Assembly: GCF_019464535.1 (NCBI RefSeq)
Contig: NZ_CP080507.1
Span: 1,590,001 to 1,622,000, forward strand
Origin: Horticoccus luteus
Lineage (GTDB): Bacteria > Verrucomicrobiota > Verrucomicrobiia > Opitutales > Opitutaceae
Reading direction: 5' to 3'
Length of the DNA stretch: 32,000 bases
Part shown: piece by piece, positions 1 through 9,296 of the stretch
How the letters are laid out: each line of letters starts with the position of its first letter
Position numbering within the stretch: position 1 is the first letter of the stretch
The notes under the pieces: model-generated
What the model was told of the DNA's origin: nothing
Seen by the model: only the letters and a program-made list of their open reading frames with translations
Databases searched by the model: none
Program-made: the position numbers and the translations under genes

Positions 1-1
1 A

Positions 2-2308
2 TCCGGCGACGCGCTGCTGGAGCAGGGCAAAGCCGCCGCGGAGACCGGCGGCAAACTGCTCGACGCGGCCCAGCAGCAGACCGCGCTGGCGGAGGCATCG
101 CGCGAGGCGACGAAGGGCGCCGAGGCGCAGCGCGATGCGCTGCACCAAACGACGCAACAGATCGCCGAAACGGCGGAGAAGATCGCGCAGACCGCGCACG
201 AGCAAGTCGTGCTGCAGGGGGCGACGAAGGAGGCCGCCCAGGCGACCGCGGCGCAGGGTGCGGCGATCCAGCAGACCACCGCCCAGATCGCCACCACGAG
301 CGAGCGCACGGCTGTGCTCACCGACAAGCTCCTGGAATCGCAGGAGGCTTTCCGCGTCGTGAAGGATGCCAGCACCTCCTTCACCGGGATGCTGCGCACC
401 GGTCTCGGGATCGACCTCGCGCGGCGCGGTCTCGACCTGCTCGTTGGCACGCTCAAGGAAGCCGCCACGCACAGCTTCGAGGTGGCCGCCCAGCTCAAGG
501 ACACCGCGACCAACATCGGAATATCGGTCGAAAGTTTCCAAGTGCTGCGCGACATGACGGTGAACGCGGGCGGCAGCGTGGAGGCCCTCACCGGTGCGCT
601 CAACGACCAGCAGCGCAGCCTCGTGCAGGCCCGCAACGTCAACAGCGGCGCGGCCGCCGCCTATCGCCAGTTGAACCTCGATGCCGCGCGTCTCGCGAAC
701 CTCCCGGTGGAGCGGCAATTCGAGCAGATCGCCTTCGCGATCTCACACGCGACCGATAAGCAGGCCGCCTATGCCGCGGCGTCGCAAATTCTCGGCACGC
801 GCAATCTGCCGCAACTGCGGCAGGCGCTGCGCGACCTCGCGGTCGAAGGCTACGACAAGGTCAAGGAGAGCGCCGAGGGTGCGGGCCGCTTCATGTCGGC
901 CGAGACCATCGCCCGGCTCGCGGCCGCCAAACAAGGGCTTGCCAATGGCAAAGACATCCTGACCGCCAAGATCGGCGAGGACTTCGCCTCGGCCCTGAAA
1001 TTCTTTGGCCAGGAAGTGACCGTGCCCCAGCCGGAGACGAAATCAGCCAAGGAAATCGATGCCGCCAAAAAGCAGGCGGAGCAGCGCGAGGCGCTGGCGG
1101 AGGCCACCGCCAAGCTCGCCAGCAACGAGCGCTCCCTCGCCGTCGCGCAGGCCGATGGCACTGCCGGCACCGCGGAGAAAGACTTCACGATTCTCGCGCA
1201 CCTCGCGCAGCAGAAGACGCTCCTCGAACAGATCGTGGCACTGCGCGAGGCCATGCCGCTGGCCATCGAGGATGCCGAGACCGAACCGAAGCGCGCCGAC
1301 GAAATCGACGCCTTGCGTGCGCGCATCCGCGCCCTCCAAAACGAAATTCAGGCGCGCAATGGCGTCGGACCGACGGCCTTCGACCAGCGCAAAGAAAAAT
1401 TTCGCGCCTTCAACGAACCGACCCCGTTTACGACGGCCACGAATCGGGACCCGCGACTCAACGCCAGCGAAGGCGTGGCAGCCGGCGCGATGGACTGGGT
1501 GTCCTCGCTCGGTTCGCAGGGCGATCAGGTGGCAGCCGCCATGCAGTCGAGCATCGGCGCCACGGTGCAGAGCATCAGCGAAGGCATTTACGGCTGGATC
1601 ACGGGGACCGAAAGCTTTGGCGATGCGATGATGAATCTGGGCAGCACGATCCTGCAAACGATGCTGCAGACGATCATCCAGATGGGGGTGCAATGGCTGA
1701 TCAACGCCGTGCTCATCAAGACGGGGATGATCTCGATCGAGGCGACGGGCGATGCGTTGCGCACCGCGCGCGTGGTCAAGGAAAATGCCGCTGAAGTGGC
1801 CACGCTGCCGGCCAAAACGGCCGGCGCGGCGGCCTCCGGCATCTCCAGCTACGGCGTGGCGCTGGCTTTTGGCGCACTGGCGATCGCCGTCGTGCTCGGA
1901 GCGATGAGCATGTTCGATACGGGCGGCTACACCGGCGATGGTGGCGTGAAGGAGATCGCGGGTATCGCGCACAGAGGTGAGGTGATTTTCTCCCAAGACG
2001 ATGTGGCTCGCCACGGCGGACCGGCGGCAGTCGAGGCGATGCGCCTCGGCGATGGCGCGGGCGCGATCGAGGCGATGCCCGTCGCGATGCCGGCGCCGCT
2101 CTCCGCGCCGGCCACCGGCTCGCCGATCGCGGCCGGCGCGGCGCTCGCCGCAGCCGCTGCGGCGGCCGCGACGCGGCAAAAACCTTCGCGCACAGTGGTC
2201 GTCGATAGTCGTCGGCTCGCGGAGCAACTCCGCGACGACCCGGCGTTTTTCACCACCGTGCAGGATATGATTACCGGCAACCCCGGCGCCTTCGGCATCG
2301 CGTCATGA
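2..2308 (+). CDS. Phage tail tape measure protein (5'-truncated by window edge; at least 768 aa visible)
   Basis: Frame 2 is open from the first base of the window, with no stop before the GTG at 209 listed in the ORF track. A long Ala/Gln/Glu-rich helical region is followed by two hydrophobic segments (MMNLGSTILQTMLQTIIQMGVQWLINAVLI and GISSYGVALAFGALAIAVVLGAM). The C-terminal GGYTGDGG...IAHRGEVIFSQDDV motif is typical of lambda-family tape measure proteins. The stop overlaps the next start. Confidence 0.85.
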   Translation, partial: SGDALLEQGKAAAETGGKLLDAAQQQTALAEASREATKGAEAQRDALHQTTQQIAETAEKIAQTAHEQVVLQGATKEAAQATAAQGAAIQQTTAQIATTSERTAVLTDKLLESQEAFRVVKDASTSFTGMLRTGLGIDLARRGLDLLVGTLKEAATHSFEVAAQLKDTATNIGISVESFQVLRDMTVNAGGSVEALTGALNDQQRSLVQARNVNSGAAAAYRQLNLDAARLANLPVERQFEQIAFAISHATDKQAAYAAASQILGTRNLPQLRQALRDLAVEGYDKVKESAEGAGRFMSAETIARLAAAKQGLANGKDILTAKIGEDFASALKFFGQEVTVPQPETKSAKEIDAAKKQAEQREALAEATAKLASNERSLAVAQADGTAGTAEKDFTILAHLAQQKTLLEQIVALREAMPLAIEDAETEPKRADEIDALRARIRALQNEIQARNGVGPTAFDQRKEKFRAFNEPTPFTTATNRDPRLNASEGVAAGAMDWVSSLGSQGDQVAAAMQSSIGATVQSISEGIYGWITGTESFGDAMMNLGSTILQTMLQTIIQMGVQWLINAVLIKTGMISIEATGDALRTARVVKENAAEVATLPAKTAGAAASGISSYGVALAFGALAIAVVLGAMSMFDTGGYTGDGGVKEIAGIAHRGEVIFSQDDVARHGGPAAVEAMRLGDGAGAIEAMPVAMPAPLSAPATGSPIAAGAALAAAAAAAATRQKPSRTVVVDSRRLAEQLRDDPAFFTTVQDMITGNPGAFGIAS

Positions 2309-4104
2309 GTTTCGCGCTCTGCACATTCGGCGGACGAGATTTCGCGCTGTTGCTCTTCACTCCCCAGGTGGCGGAGGATGGCTCGCTCGCGGTCACCTAT
2401 GCGTTTTCGACGCAGGTGGACATGGGCGAGAGCGGCCGCGAGACGCGCGAGCCCGGTCACCCCGATCTGCGCCTCAAGCAGAGCTGCGAATACTTGCTGC
2501 CCACCTCCGCCGACGCCGCGGCCCTGCGCGCAAGGCTCGCCACGTTGGGCGACACGCTCGTCGCGGTGCCCCTGTGGATCGATCGTCTGGCCGGTGCGGC
2601 TTGGGCGGACCGCGTGCACACGGCCCCGCTCCTCGTTCGGTTCAGCGATGGCGCGATCGTCGACGGAGCATCGGAGCTCGATCCCGACCAGGAGTATGCG
2701 CCCCTGCTCGTCGGCCGCTACGAGGAGCAAATCGAAGCGGCACCGTGGACCGACGAAGGGGCGGGCTGCCGCACGTCGATCGCGATCGTGGAGGACGCCG
2801 CGTGGGACTATCGCGTGGCGCCGGTCGATACGGTGGCGCCTGGGACCTGGCCTGCCGGTCTCGTGCCCACCTACACGGGCAACATCGACCGCGGAGACAG
2901 CGGCCGCGAATACGTGGCGCTCGGCGCCGGTCGCGAGCGGGGAGTGGAGCATCAGGAGATGGCGTTCCGCTGGGGGCAGGAGGCTGCGTTCAAGCTCAAA
3001 AGTCGCGCCGAAATCCGCCTGTTGCTCGCCACATTCGCCGCGCACCTCGGGCGCTGGCGCGCGTTGACCATGCCGTGGTGGTTTCGGCCGGGTGCCGATA
3101 CGCCCGAGACACCGCAGGCCACGCGGGTGCGATTCGCCAGCGACAGCATCGAGCTCTCGTTCAGCGGCGGCGCCTGCGCCGCGGTGAAGCTGGCCTTCTG
3201 GCAGGTGCCGTGGGAAGCGGAGCCGATCGAAGACGAGGAGCCGGAGCAGGCCGGCACAGCCTGGCTCTATCGCCACAAGCTCGATGTGCCAGGGGGGCCT
3301 CTCTTCTGGCGCTACACGGATTACGCCCGGCCGATCACTCTCGTGGAGGAAGGCGACGATGTGACCTACTTCCCGGCGAAGATCGAGCACGACAAGCTCA
3401 CTCACGGCTACATGCTCGATGACGATCCCTCAAAGCTGAAGGGATTCGTGGCCGATGGGCACCCGTGGATGCTGGTCGTTGCCCGCATGTTGCAGGCGCC
3501 GCTGCAGATCGATATTTTCCGCCTCACTCCGGAGGTCGAGGGTGCGACGCCCGTGCTGCGTTATTCGGGCGAAATCGCCGACGTGACCGGCAAGGGCCGC
3601 AGCCTCAGCGCCACCACGACCGTGCTCGGTGGCACCCTCGATATCAAGGTGCCCAACTTCTACATCCAAGAGGACTGCAACCACGACTTCTGTAGCGGCG
3701 GCTGCGGGCTCGTGATCGACAACTGGACATTCACCGTCGAAGTGACGGCGATCGATGGCGCGGTGCTGCATGCGCAGGTGATCAGCAATCCGCCGGGCGC
3801 GACGCTCGCCGATGATTTCTTCGCCAACGGCGATGCCGACAAAGGCAGCGGCACAACATATGAGGCGGTCGAGATCGTGCGCAGCGTCGATCTCGGCGGC
3901 GGCGAGCAATCCCTCACGCTCGCGCGCGCGTTCACCGCACTGGCAGTGGGAGACACGATTGCGATCCGTCCCAACTGTTCCGGCACTTGGGCGGAGTGCC
4001 AGCGCTACGGCAACACGATCAACTACGGCGGTCACAGGCACGTGGGCAGCGACAATATCTCCGTGCCGCAGCCGCAGAGCCAGACTGCGGGAGGCAAAAA
4101 ATGA
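2305..4104 (+). CDS. Fused phage distal-tail (Dit/DUF2460-like, apparently duplicated) plus tail hub protein (DUF2163 plus BR0599-type C-terminal domain), 599 aa
   Basis: Residues ~315-450 (WLYRHKLDVPGGPLFWRYTDYARPITL...YFPAKIEHD) resemble DUF2163. Residues ~455-585 (CNHDFCSGGCGL...GDTIAIRPNCSGTWAECQRYGNTINYGGHRHVGSD) resemble the conserved phage BR0599 domain of GTA g13-type hub proteins. Residues 1-310 carry two copies of a SGRE...LR/FRW..Q...L.A.LG...P(L/W)W motif reminiscent of GTA g12/DUF2460. Assignment is by remembered family signatures, not a search. Confidence 0.75.
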   Translation: MSFALCTFGGRDFALLLFTPQVAEDGSLAVTYAFSTQVDMGESGRETREPGHPDLRLKQSCEYLLPTSADAAALRARLATLGDTLVAVPLWIDRLAGAAWADRVHTAPLLVRFSDGAIVDGASELDPDQEYAPLLVGRYEEQIEAAPWTDEGAGCRTSIAIVEDAAWDYRVAPVDTVAPGTWPAGLVPTYTGNIDRGDSGREYVALGAGRERGVEHQEMAFRWGQEAAFKLKSRAEIRLLLATFAAHLGRWRALTMPWWFRPGADTPETPQATRVRFASDSIELSFSGGACAAVKLAFWQVPWEAEPIEDEEPEQAGTAWLYRHKLDVPGGPLFWRYTDYARPITLVEEGDDVTYFPAKIEHDKLTHGYMLDDDPSKLKGFVADGHPWMLVVARMLQAPLQIDIFRLTPEVEGATPVLRYSGEIADVTGKGRSLSATTTVLGGTLDIKVPNFYIQEDCNHDFCSGGCGLVIDNWTFTVEVTAIDGAVLHAQVISNPPGATLADDFFANGDADKGSGTTYEAVEIVRSVDLGGGEQSLTLARAFTALAVGDTIAIRPNCSGTWAECQRYGNTINYGGHRHVGSDNISVPQPQSQTAGGKK

Positions 4105-4574
4105 GACCTTGGGTGCACACTGACGAACGTCGCGCCGCCCTTTGGCGCGAGATGCAGAGCTGGGAGGGCACGCCATTTTTCGCGCACAACGCGAGCAAGG
4201 GGCATGGCGTGGACTGCGTGCGGCTCCAAATGGAAATCTTCGCCGGCGCCGGCGCGATCGCACGCGTCCCGTTGCCGGCTTACACACTGGACCACGCGAA
4301 ACACACCACGCGTCCGCAGTTGCTGCTCTGGCTCCTCACGGCGCCAGAGCTGGCGGGTCGGCTGGTCATGGTCTCGCCCGCGGGCCGACTCATGACCGGG
4401 GATCTCCTCGGCGTAAATTGCGGGCGCGTCGATCACCACCTGGCGAGCGTCACGCCATGGGGCGACGCGATCCACGCGGTCGATCCCACCGGCGTGATTC
4501 GCACTCCACTCGACGACCCAAAGTTGCGCGGCCGCATCGTGTATGCGTTACGCCTGATGGAGGTCGCGTCATGA
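4101..4574 (+). CDS. Phage tail-associated NlpC/P60-family cell-wall peptidase (157 aa)
   Basis: ATG at 4101 overlaps the upstream stop (ATGA) and is preceded by GGAGG about 8 nt upstream. There is a catalytic Cys context (KGHGVDCVRL) and downstream His residues (VDHHLASV, AIHAV). The position after the hub gene matches GTA g14 / lambda K-like peptidases. The ORF-track start at 3987 is an in-frame upstream extension inside the previous gene. Confidence 0.8.
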   Translation: MRPWVHTDERRAALWREMQSWEGTPFFAHNASKGHGVDCVRLQMEIFAGAGAIARVPLPAYTLDHAKHTTRPQLLLWLLTAPELAGRLVMVSPAGRLMTGDLLGVNCGRVDHHLASVTPWGDAIHAVDPTGVIRTPLDDPKLRGRIVYALRLMEVAS

Positions 4575-7501
4575 GCATGGGCGGCGGCACGCCGAGCCCG
4601 GCACCCACCGTGGCCGGCATCGAGCCCGATGATACCAGCTCGAATCAGAAGGCCACGCCGGCGCGCTGGTTCATCGGCGAGGATTGGTGCCCGCTTACGT
4701 GGCTGGTGACAGCGCCGCTGAACGTAGAATACAAGGACATCCGGACAAAAACCGGCAAGAGCGAGACAGTGACCGGCCACGACATTTTCGGCGATGTGGC
4801 GGGGCTCGCCTGCATCGGCCTCACCGACGCGGTCCTCGAGATCGAGAGCGCGCGCAGGACCGTGTGGAGCGGCACGGTCACCCGGCCGGATGACCCGGCG
4901 CACCCGGACTACTGGCGCGCGAAGATCCCGTTCAGCGGCGGCACCTATTATCACTACTGGGGGCGGGCCGATCAGCCGATCGACGACATCCTCCTCGGGC
5001 CGCTCGGCGCCGCCTCGCCGGCGTTGGCGCATCCGGCGTATCGCTACCAGAGTTACGGCGTCATCAAGCGTTACGACTTCCAACGCAACAACAGCGTGCC
5101 GAGCACGCGCGTGAAACTGCGGCGCGTGCCGCGTCCGGCCTTGGGCAATTTTCCCGCGCAAAACAGCGCCCAAGGCGAGAGCCTCGTGGCTGGTGCGCTG
5201 GAGCTGCTGACGAGCACGCTCTTCGGCGCCGGGCTCGATGCGGCGCGCTTCACCGCCGCGCAGTGGGAAGCGCTGAGCGCGGCGGTGATCGCGCGCGCCG
5301 GGTGCCATGCGCCTTCACTCACGCGCGATCGCGCGGTGCGGGAAGTCGTGAAGGATTTTTTCCGCTACTTCGATGGGTGGGCGCGACTCGAAGCGGGCAA
5401 GATCGTGCCGGGGATGTTCCCCCACGACGGCACCGTGCCGGGCGGGCTCACGGAGATATCGCACCACGATATCGTGGGCACCCCAACCATCGGCGCGCCA
5501 GCCTTCGCGAAGACGGTCAACTCCATCACGCTCAAATTCCGCGACGGCGCGCAGAAACTGCGCGAGGACATCGTGGCCGAAACAGCCCGCGCCAACGCCC
5601 GCGCGCGCAAGCGCACGCAACCGGTGTCAGTCGACGGCACGGCCATCATCGACCGCACGCAGGCGGGCCAGTTCGCCGCTGAGGCGGCGCGCACGGGGGC
5701 CGAAGGTGACAGCAAGGGCAGTTTCGACGTCCGCCGGCCGAAGATCGGCGGACTGAATGCCGGCGATAATTTCCTCCTCGACTGGCTGCCCTACCAACTC
5801 GACCAGGTCTCACGCATCACGAAGCTTGCGGAGACTTACCGCGGACCAACGACAGTCACCTACATCGGCGAACGCGGAGTGCGGCCGCTGCCGTATCGCG
5901 CGCCGGCCGGGCCTCAACCATCACTTCTCGCCGCCGTGCCGACCCCCGTGGCCGACGCGCGTGTGCTAGAGCTTACGAGCGCCCTCGCGCTCACTCCGGC
6001 CGGCCTTTACATCGCGCTGCTGGCCAAACGCCCGCCGTCGCAGCATCCCGAGTTCGCACTGACCGCAAAGACAGTGATCAGCCTCTCGCTCTGGCACTCA
6101 CCCGATGGCGCGAGTTACGATCTGCTCGGCACCCAGTCTGGCTGGGCCGTGCGCGGCGTATTGCGTTCGGCCGTCGCGGAGGACACGGCCGAAACCGTCG
6201 TGCAGATGACGCTCGACGCCGATAATCTCGACCGCGATCGACTGGCGTCGGTGAGCGCCGAAGACCAGGCCGATGATCGGCTCCTGGTCGTCGTGGGCAA
6301 CGAGGTGATGTCGGCCGGCAGCATGGCGATCGATGGAGACGATTGGGACGTCACTTGCCTGCGTGCCCGCCAAGGATCGCTGGCTGCCGCGGCTGCATCA
6401 GGCGCGGAAGTGTGGCTCGTTTATCGCGACGAACTCAGCCGCTTTACGCATCGCCGCTTCATCGAGGATACCGACCGATATTTCAAACTGCAGCCCTTTA
6501 CTAGCGGCGCCGGCGTCGACCTGGCAGACGTCGATCCGCTGTCCTACCACTTCCGCGACCGCGCCGACGAACTGCCGGTCGTGGTGATCGACGCGCTGGC
6601 CAGCGGCCTCAAGACCGCATTGCCCTACGACGTCACAGGCGACATCACCGATCTCAACGGCGATCTGGTGAGTTTCTCGATCAATGCCGTGCGGCTAAGC
6701 AGCGGCGTGATCGTAGATACGCTGACGCTGCAGGCGGGAGACTTCGGACCGGATGACACCGCGGCTTACGCGTTCGCGACGAAGGTGGTATTTCCCACTG
6801 CGGGGACGTGGCGCATTGCCGTGCGCGCCTACGACGCGCGAGGCGGTTACACGGATGAAGAGACGGGGGATTTGGCGGTCGCCGCCAACGATGCGGCTGG
6901 CGGATATGTCGACTACCGTTTCCAGCGCAGCGCGACGACACCTGCCACGCCGACGGGGGACGTGCCCGCCGGCTGGCTCGATGCGCCGCCCGCCGGCAGC
7001 GATCCTCTGTGGATGAGCAAAGGCTTCAAGGCCGCGGGCGGGGCGCTGGTCGGCGTCTGGTCGACGCCCGTGCGTTTGACCGGCGCCGATGGCGCGGCGG
7101 GCGCGGCGGGCGACAGCATTTTCGTCGAATACTCGGTCGACGGCGCGACGAGCTGGCATGAGCCGTTCGTGGACGGCGATATCTACATGAGGCAAAAGAT
7201 CGGCGCAGGCGGCACCTGGAGCGGGGCGATGCGGATCGTCGCGGAGACATCGCCGACGAGCGTAGCCACGCCGACTTTCAGCTTTAGCCCCGCGAAATAC
7301 GCGACATCGGCAGTGTCGAGCACCGTCACGTTGAGTTGCGCGACCGCCGGTGCAGCGATTTGGTATTCCTATAACGGCGAAACTTCGCCCTACACGGGAC
7401 CCTTCCTCGCCGCGCAACTAAAAGGCATAACCGCGTGGGCGGAAAAGACGGGCATGATCCCGTCAGACAGCGCGTGGGACATGTACGAGAATAACACGTA
7501 G
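4571..7501 (+). CDS. Phage host-specificity / central tail fibre protein (lambda J / GTA g15-like), 976 aa
   Basis: ATG at 4571 overlaps the upstream stop (ATGA) and is preceded by GGAGG. It is the large protein at the canonical position after the tail peptidase. Its C-terminal part has the tail-fibre-like W.DAPP...PLWMS...WSTPVRLTGADGAAGAAG motif and a terminal ~80-aa segment resembling a chitobiase/hexosaminidase C-terminal (CHB_HEX_C-like) domain (TLSCATAGAAIWYSYNGETSPYTGPF...ITAWAEKTGMIPSDS). The first 143 codons of the ORF-track ORF (4142-4570) are an Arg-rich out-of-frame overlap with the peptidase gene. Confidence 0.8.
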   Translation: MSMGGGTPSPAPTVAGIEPDDTSSNQKATPARWFIGEDWCPLTWLVTAPLNVEYKDIRTKTGKSETVTGHDIFGDVAGLACIGLTDAVLEIESARRTVWSGTVTRPDDPAHPDYWRAKIPFSGGTYYHYWGRADQPIDDILLGPLGAASPALAHPAYRYQSYGVIKRYDFQRNNSVPSTRVKLRRVPRPALGNFPAQNSAQGESLVAGALELLTSTLFGAGLDAARFTAAQWEALSAAVIARAGCHAPSLTRDRAVREVVKDFFRYFDGWARLEAGKIVPGMFPHDGTVPGGLTEISHHDIVGTPTIGAPAFAKTVNSITLKFRDGAQKLREDIVAETARANARARKRTQPVSVDGTAIIDRTQAGQFAAEAARTGAEGDSKGSFDVRRPKIGGLNAGDNFLLDWLPYQLDQVSRITKLAETYRGPTTVTYIGERGVRPLPYRAPAGPQPSLLAAVPTPVADARVLELTSALALTPAGLYIALLAKRPPSQHPEFALTAKTVISLSLWHSPDGASYDLLGTQSGWAVRGVLRSAVAEDTAETVVQMTLDADNLDRDRLASVSAEDQADDRLLVVVGNEVMSAGSMAIDGDDWDVTCLRARQGSLAAAAASGAEVWLVYRDELSRFTHRRFIEDTDRYFKLQPFTSGAGVDLADVDPLSYHFRDRADELPVVVIDALASGLKTALPYDVTGDITDLNGDLVSFSINAVRLSSGVIVDTLTLQAGDFGPDDTAAYAFATKVVFPTAGTWRIAVRAYDARGGYTDEETGDLAVAANDAAGGYVDYRFQRSATTPATPTGDVPAGWLDAPPAGSDPLWMSKGFKAAGGALVGVWSTPVRLTGADGAAGAAGDSIFVEYSVDGATSWHEPFVDGDIYMRQKIGAGGTWSGAMRIVAETSPTSVATPTFSFSPAKYATSAVSSTVTLSCATAGAAIWYSYNGETSPYTGPFLAAQLKGITAWAEKTGMIPSDSAWDMYENNT

Positions 7502-7524
7502 GCAGCAGGCATGCAGAGGGCCTT

Positions 7525-7561
7525 CCAAGAGGTTGCAACGCACACGCCATGCACCTCTTGG
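7525..7561 (+). other. Hairpin-forming inverted repeat (9-bp perfect stem CCAAGAGGT/ACCTCTTGG, 19-nt loop) just downstream of the tail fibre gene
   Basis: Read directly: 7525-7533 is the reverse complement of 7553-7561. No T-tract follows, so it is not a canonical intrinsic terminator. Confidence 0.5.
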
Positions 7562-7640
7562 ACGGAGCGGATTCCTAAACCTTCTGGAATTCTTCCAAAA
7601 GCCCGCCGGAATTTACAGCCGCGACGGGCGCGCTGAAAAA

Positions 7641-7726
<86 letters not shown>

Positions 7727-7814
7727 AAATGAGGAGCGCGGAAGTTCTCGACGGATTGGCGCGACTTCAAGGTTTTTTTCCGGCTAGCTTGCTACTCGTG
7801 CGCGCGGCGCTTTC

Positions 7815-9266
7815 ATGCGCGCACTTCGCGGCATGACAGAATTGGTTAACCATCCCTTTATCAACGCCGTGCTGCCGCACCTGATCGCGATCGGCGGCTT
7901 CCTGCTGGCGTTGTTTTTGATTGCACGGTTGATGAGCGAGAAGCGGCAACCGAGTAACACTGTGGCATGGTTGTTGGTGATCGTGCTCGTGCCCTACGTG
8001 GGCGTGCCGCTTTACCTGCTGTTGGGCGGCCGGAAGCTGCGCACGTTGATGGCGCGAAAAGGGCGGTTGCAGGCGAAACTGCTCGTGAAGGAGCGATTGC
8101 CCTCGCCGCATGAGAATTTCCCGATTGCGCAAACGGTGATGGCGAGCGGGGCGGAGGCGCCGGTGGTGGGCAACACGATCCGGTTGTTGACGACCGGGGA
8201 GGACGCATACGCGGCGCTGGAGGAGAATATCCGCGCCGCGAAACAATGCATCCACATCATCGCATTCATTCTCGGGCGCGACGATACCGGGCGGCGCATT
8301 GTGCGGTTGCTCGCGGCGAAGGCGAAGGAAGGGGTGAAAGTGCGGCTGTTGCTCGATACCGTGGGCTGCATGTTTCTCAGTCGCGACTTTCTCGCGCCGC
8401 TAAAGCAGGCGGGAGGCGAGGTGGGATGGTTCATGCCGGTGTTGCCCTTCACGCTTCGCGGCACGGCCAATTTGCGCAATCACCGGAAAATCGCGGTCTT
8501 CGATTATCATACGGCGATCGTCGGAGGGCACAACATGGCCCGCGAATACATAGGGCCGGCGCCGTATCGGAAGCGCTGGCGGGATTTCGGAGCGGTCATC
8601 GACGGACCGGCGGCCACGGTGCTGCACGAGGTGTTTGTGGCGGACTGGTGTTTCGCGACGAAGGAGACGCCTGAGCGGTTGCACGCGGAGATGCCGGCCG
8701 AGGCCACCGCTCCCCGCGGCACGAGCGAACTCCAGGTGGTGGCGAGCGGTCCCGACGTGCGAGGTGATCCGCTTTACGAGGGCATTCTGGCCATGATCCA
8801 AGAGGCGGAAAAGAGCGTGTGGATCGTAACGCCGTATTTTATCCCGGATGAAGTGTTGTTGCGTTCGTTGATCGTCAAGGCGCGGACCGGGCGGGATGTG
8901 ACGTTGATTCTGCCGGCGCGTTCGAATCATCCGATCACGGATTTCGCGCGGCGCTATTATGTGCGGGAACTCCAGCGGGCCGGGGGACGCGTGCGGTTGT
9001 TTGGCCCGGGCATGATGCATAGCAAGGCGATGATCGTGGATGACCAGATCGGGTTGTTCGGTTCGCCGAATTTCGATCTGCGCAGTCTGTTCGTCAATTT
9101 CGAGATCGGGGTGTTGGTGCACACGGCGTCCGATGTGCAGGCGATGAAGGCGTGGGCGACGGAGCTGTTCGACAAATGCCACCCGCCCAAGGGTGAACGC
9201 GCACGACGGAGTTTTGTGGGCAGCGTGCTCGAAGATCTGAGCCGCCTGCTCGCGCCGCTGCTTTAG
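7815..9266 (+). CDS. cls: Cardiolipin synthase (phospholipase D superfamily)
   Basis: Two N-terminal TM helices carry the ...PSNTVAWLLVIVLVPYVGVPLYLLLG signature. There are two HKD motifs (NHRKIAVFDYHTAIVGGHN and MHSKAMIVDDQIGLFGSPNFD). The alternative start at Met7 cannot be excluded. Confidence 0.9.
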   Translation: MRALRGMTELVNHPFINAVLPHLIAIGGFLLALFLIARLMSEKRQPSNTVAWLLVIVLVPYVGVPLYLLLGGRKLRTLMARKGRLQAKLLVKERLPSPHENFPIAQTVMASGAEAPVVGNTIRLLTTGEDAYAALEENIRAAKQCIHIIAFILGRDDTGRRIVRLLAAKAKEGVKVRLLLDTVGCMFLSRDFLAPLKQAGGEVGWFMPVLPFTLRGTANLRNHRKIAVFDYHTAIVGGHNMAREYIGPAPYRKRWRDFGAVIDGPAATVLHEVFVADWCFATKETPERLHAEMPAEATAPRGTSELQVVASGPDVRGDPLYEGILAMIQEAEKSVWIVTPYFIPDEVLLRSLIVKARTGRDVTLILPARSNHPITDFARRYYVRELQRAGGRVRLFGPGMMHSKAMIVDDQIGLFGSPNFDLRSLFVNFEIGVLVHTASDVQAMKAWATELFDKCHPPKGERARRSFVGSVLEDLSRLLAPLL

Positions 9267-9296
9267 CTGGCAGGGCTGCGCGACCCGATGCGTTCG

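Larger units (their letters stand above)
1..7501 (+). mobile_element. Right-hand end of a siphovirus-type prophage, prophage remnant or phage-tail-derived element. Gene order is tape measure -> distal-tail/hub -> NlpC/P60 -> host-specificity protein. It continues past the left window edge.
   Basis: Four consecutive same-strand genes have phage tail signatures in the canonical lambda/GTA order. All three junctions are ATGA overlaps (2305-2308, 4101-4104, 4571-4574). The block ends 140 bp from a tRNA gene. No head, packaging, lysis or integrase genes are visible in the window. Confidence 0.7.

Noticed and set aside
1-7501. RcGTA-type gene transfer agent
   Set aside because: The gene order and hub type are GTA-like, but the visible tape measure (at least 768 aa) implies a much longer tail than RcGTA-type particles. 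No head genes are in view, so I kept this only as an open alternative.
7511-7636. 41-codon basic ORF (MQRAFQEVATHTPCTSWTERIPKPSGILPKARRNLQPRRAR) between the tail fibre gene and the tRNA
   Set aside because: It is too short, has no SD, has no recognisable motif, and spans the hairpin. I cannot support it as a gene from sequence alone.
6905-7640. Diversity-generating retroelement targeting the tail fibre C-terminus
   Set aside because: There is no reverse transcriptase gene, and no template repeat copy of the 3' end is visible. Only 140 bp separate the gene from the tRNA.
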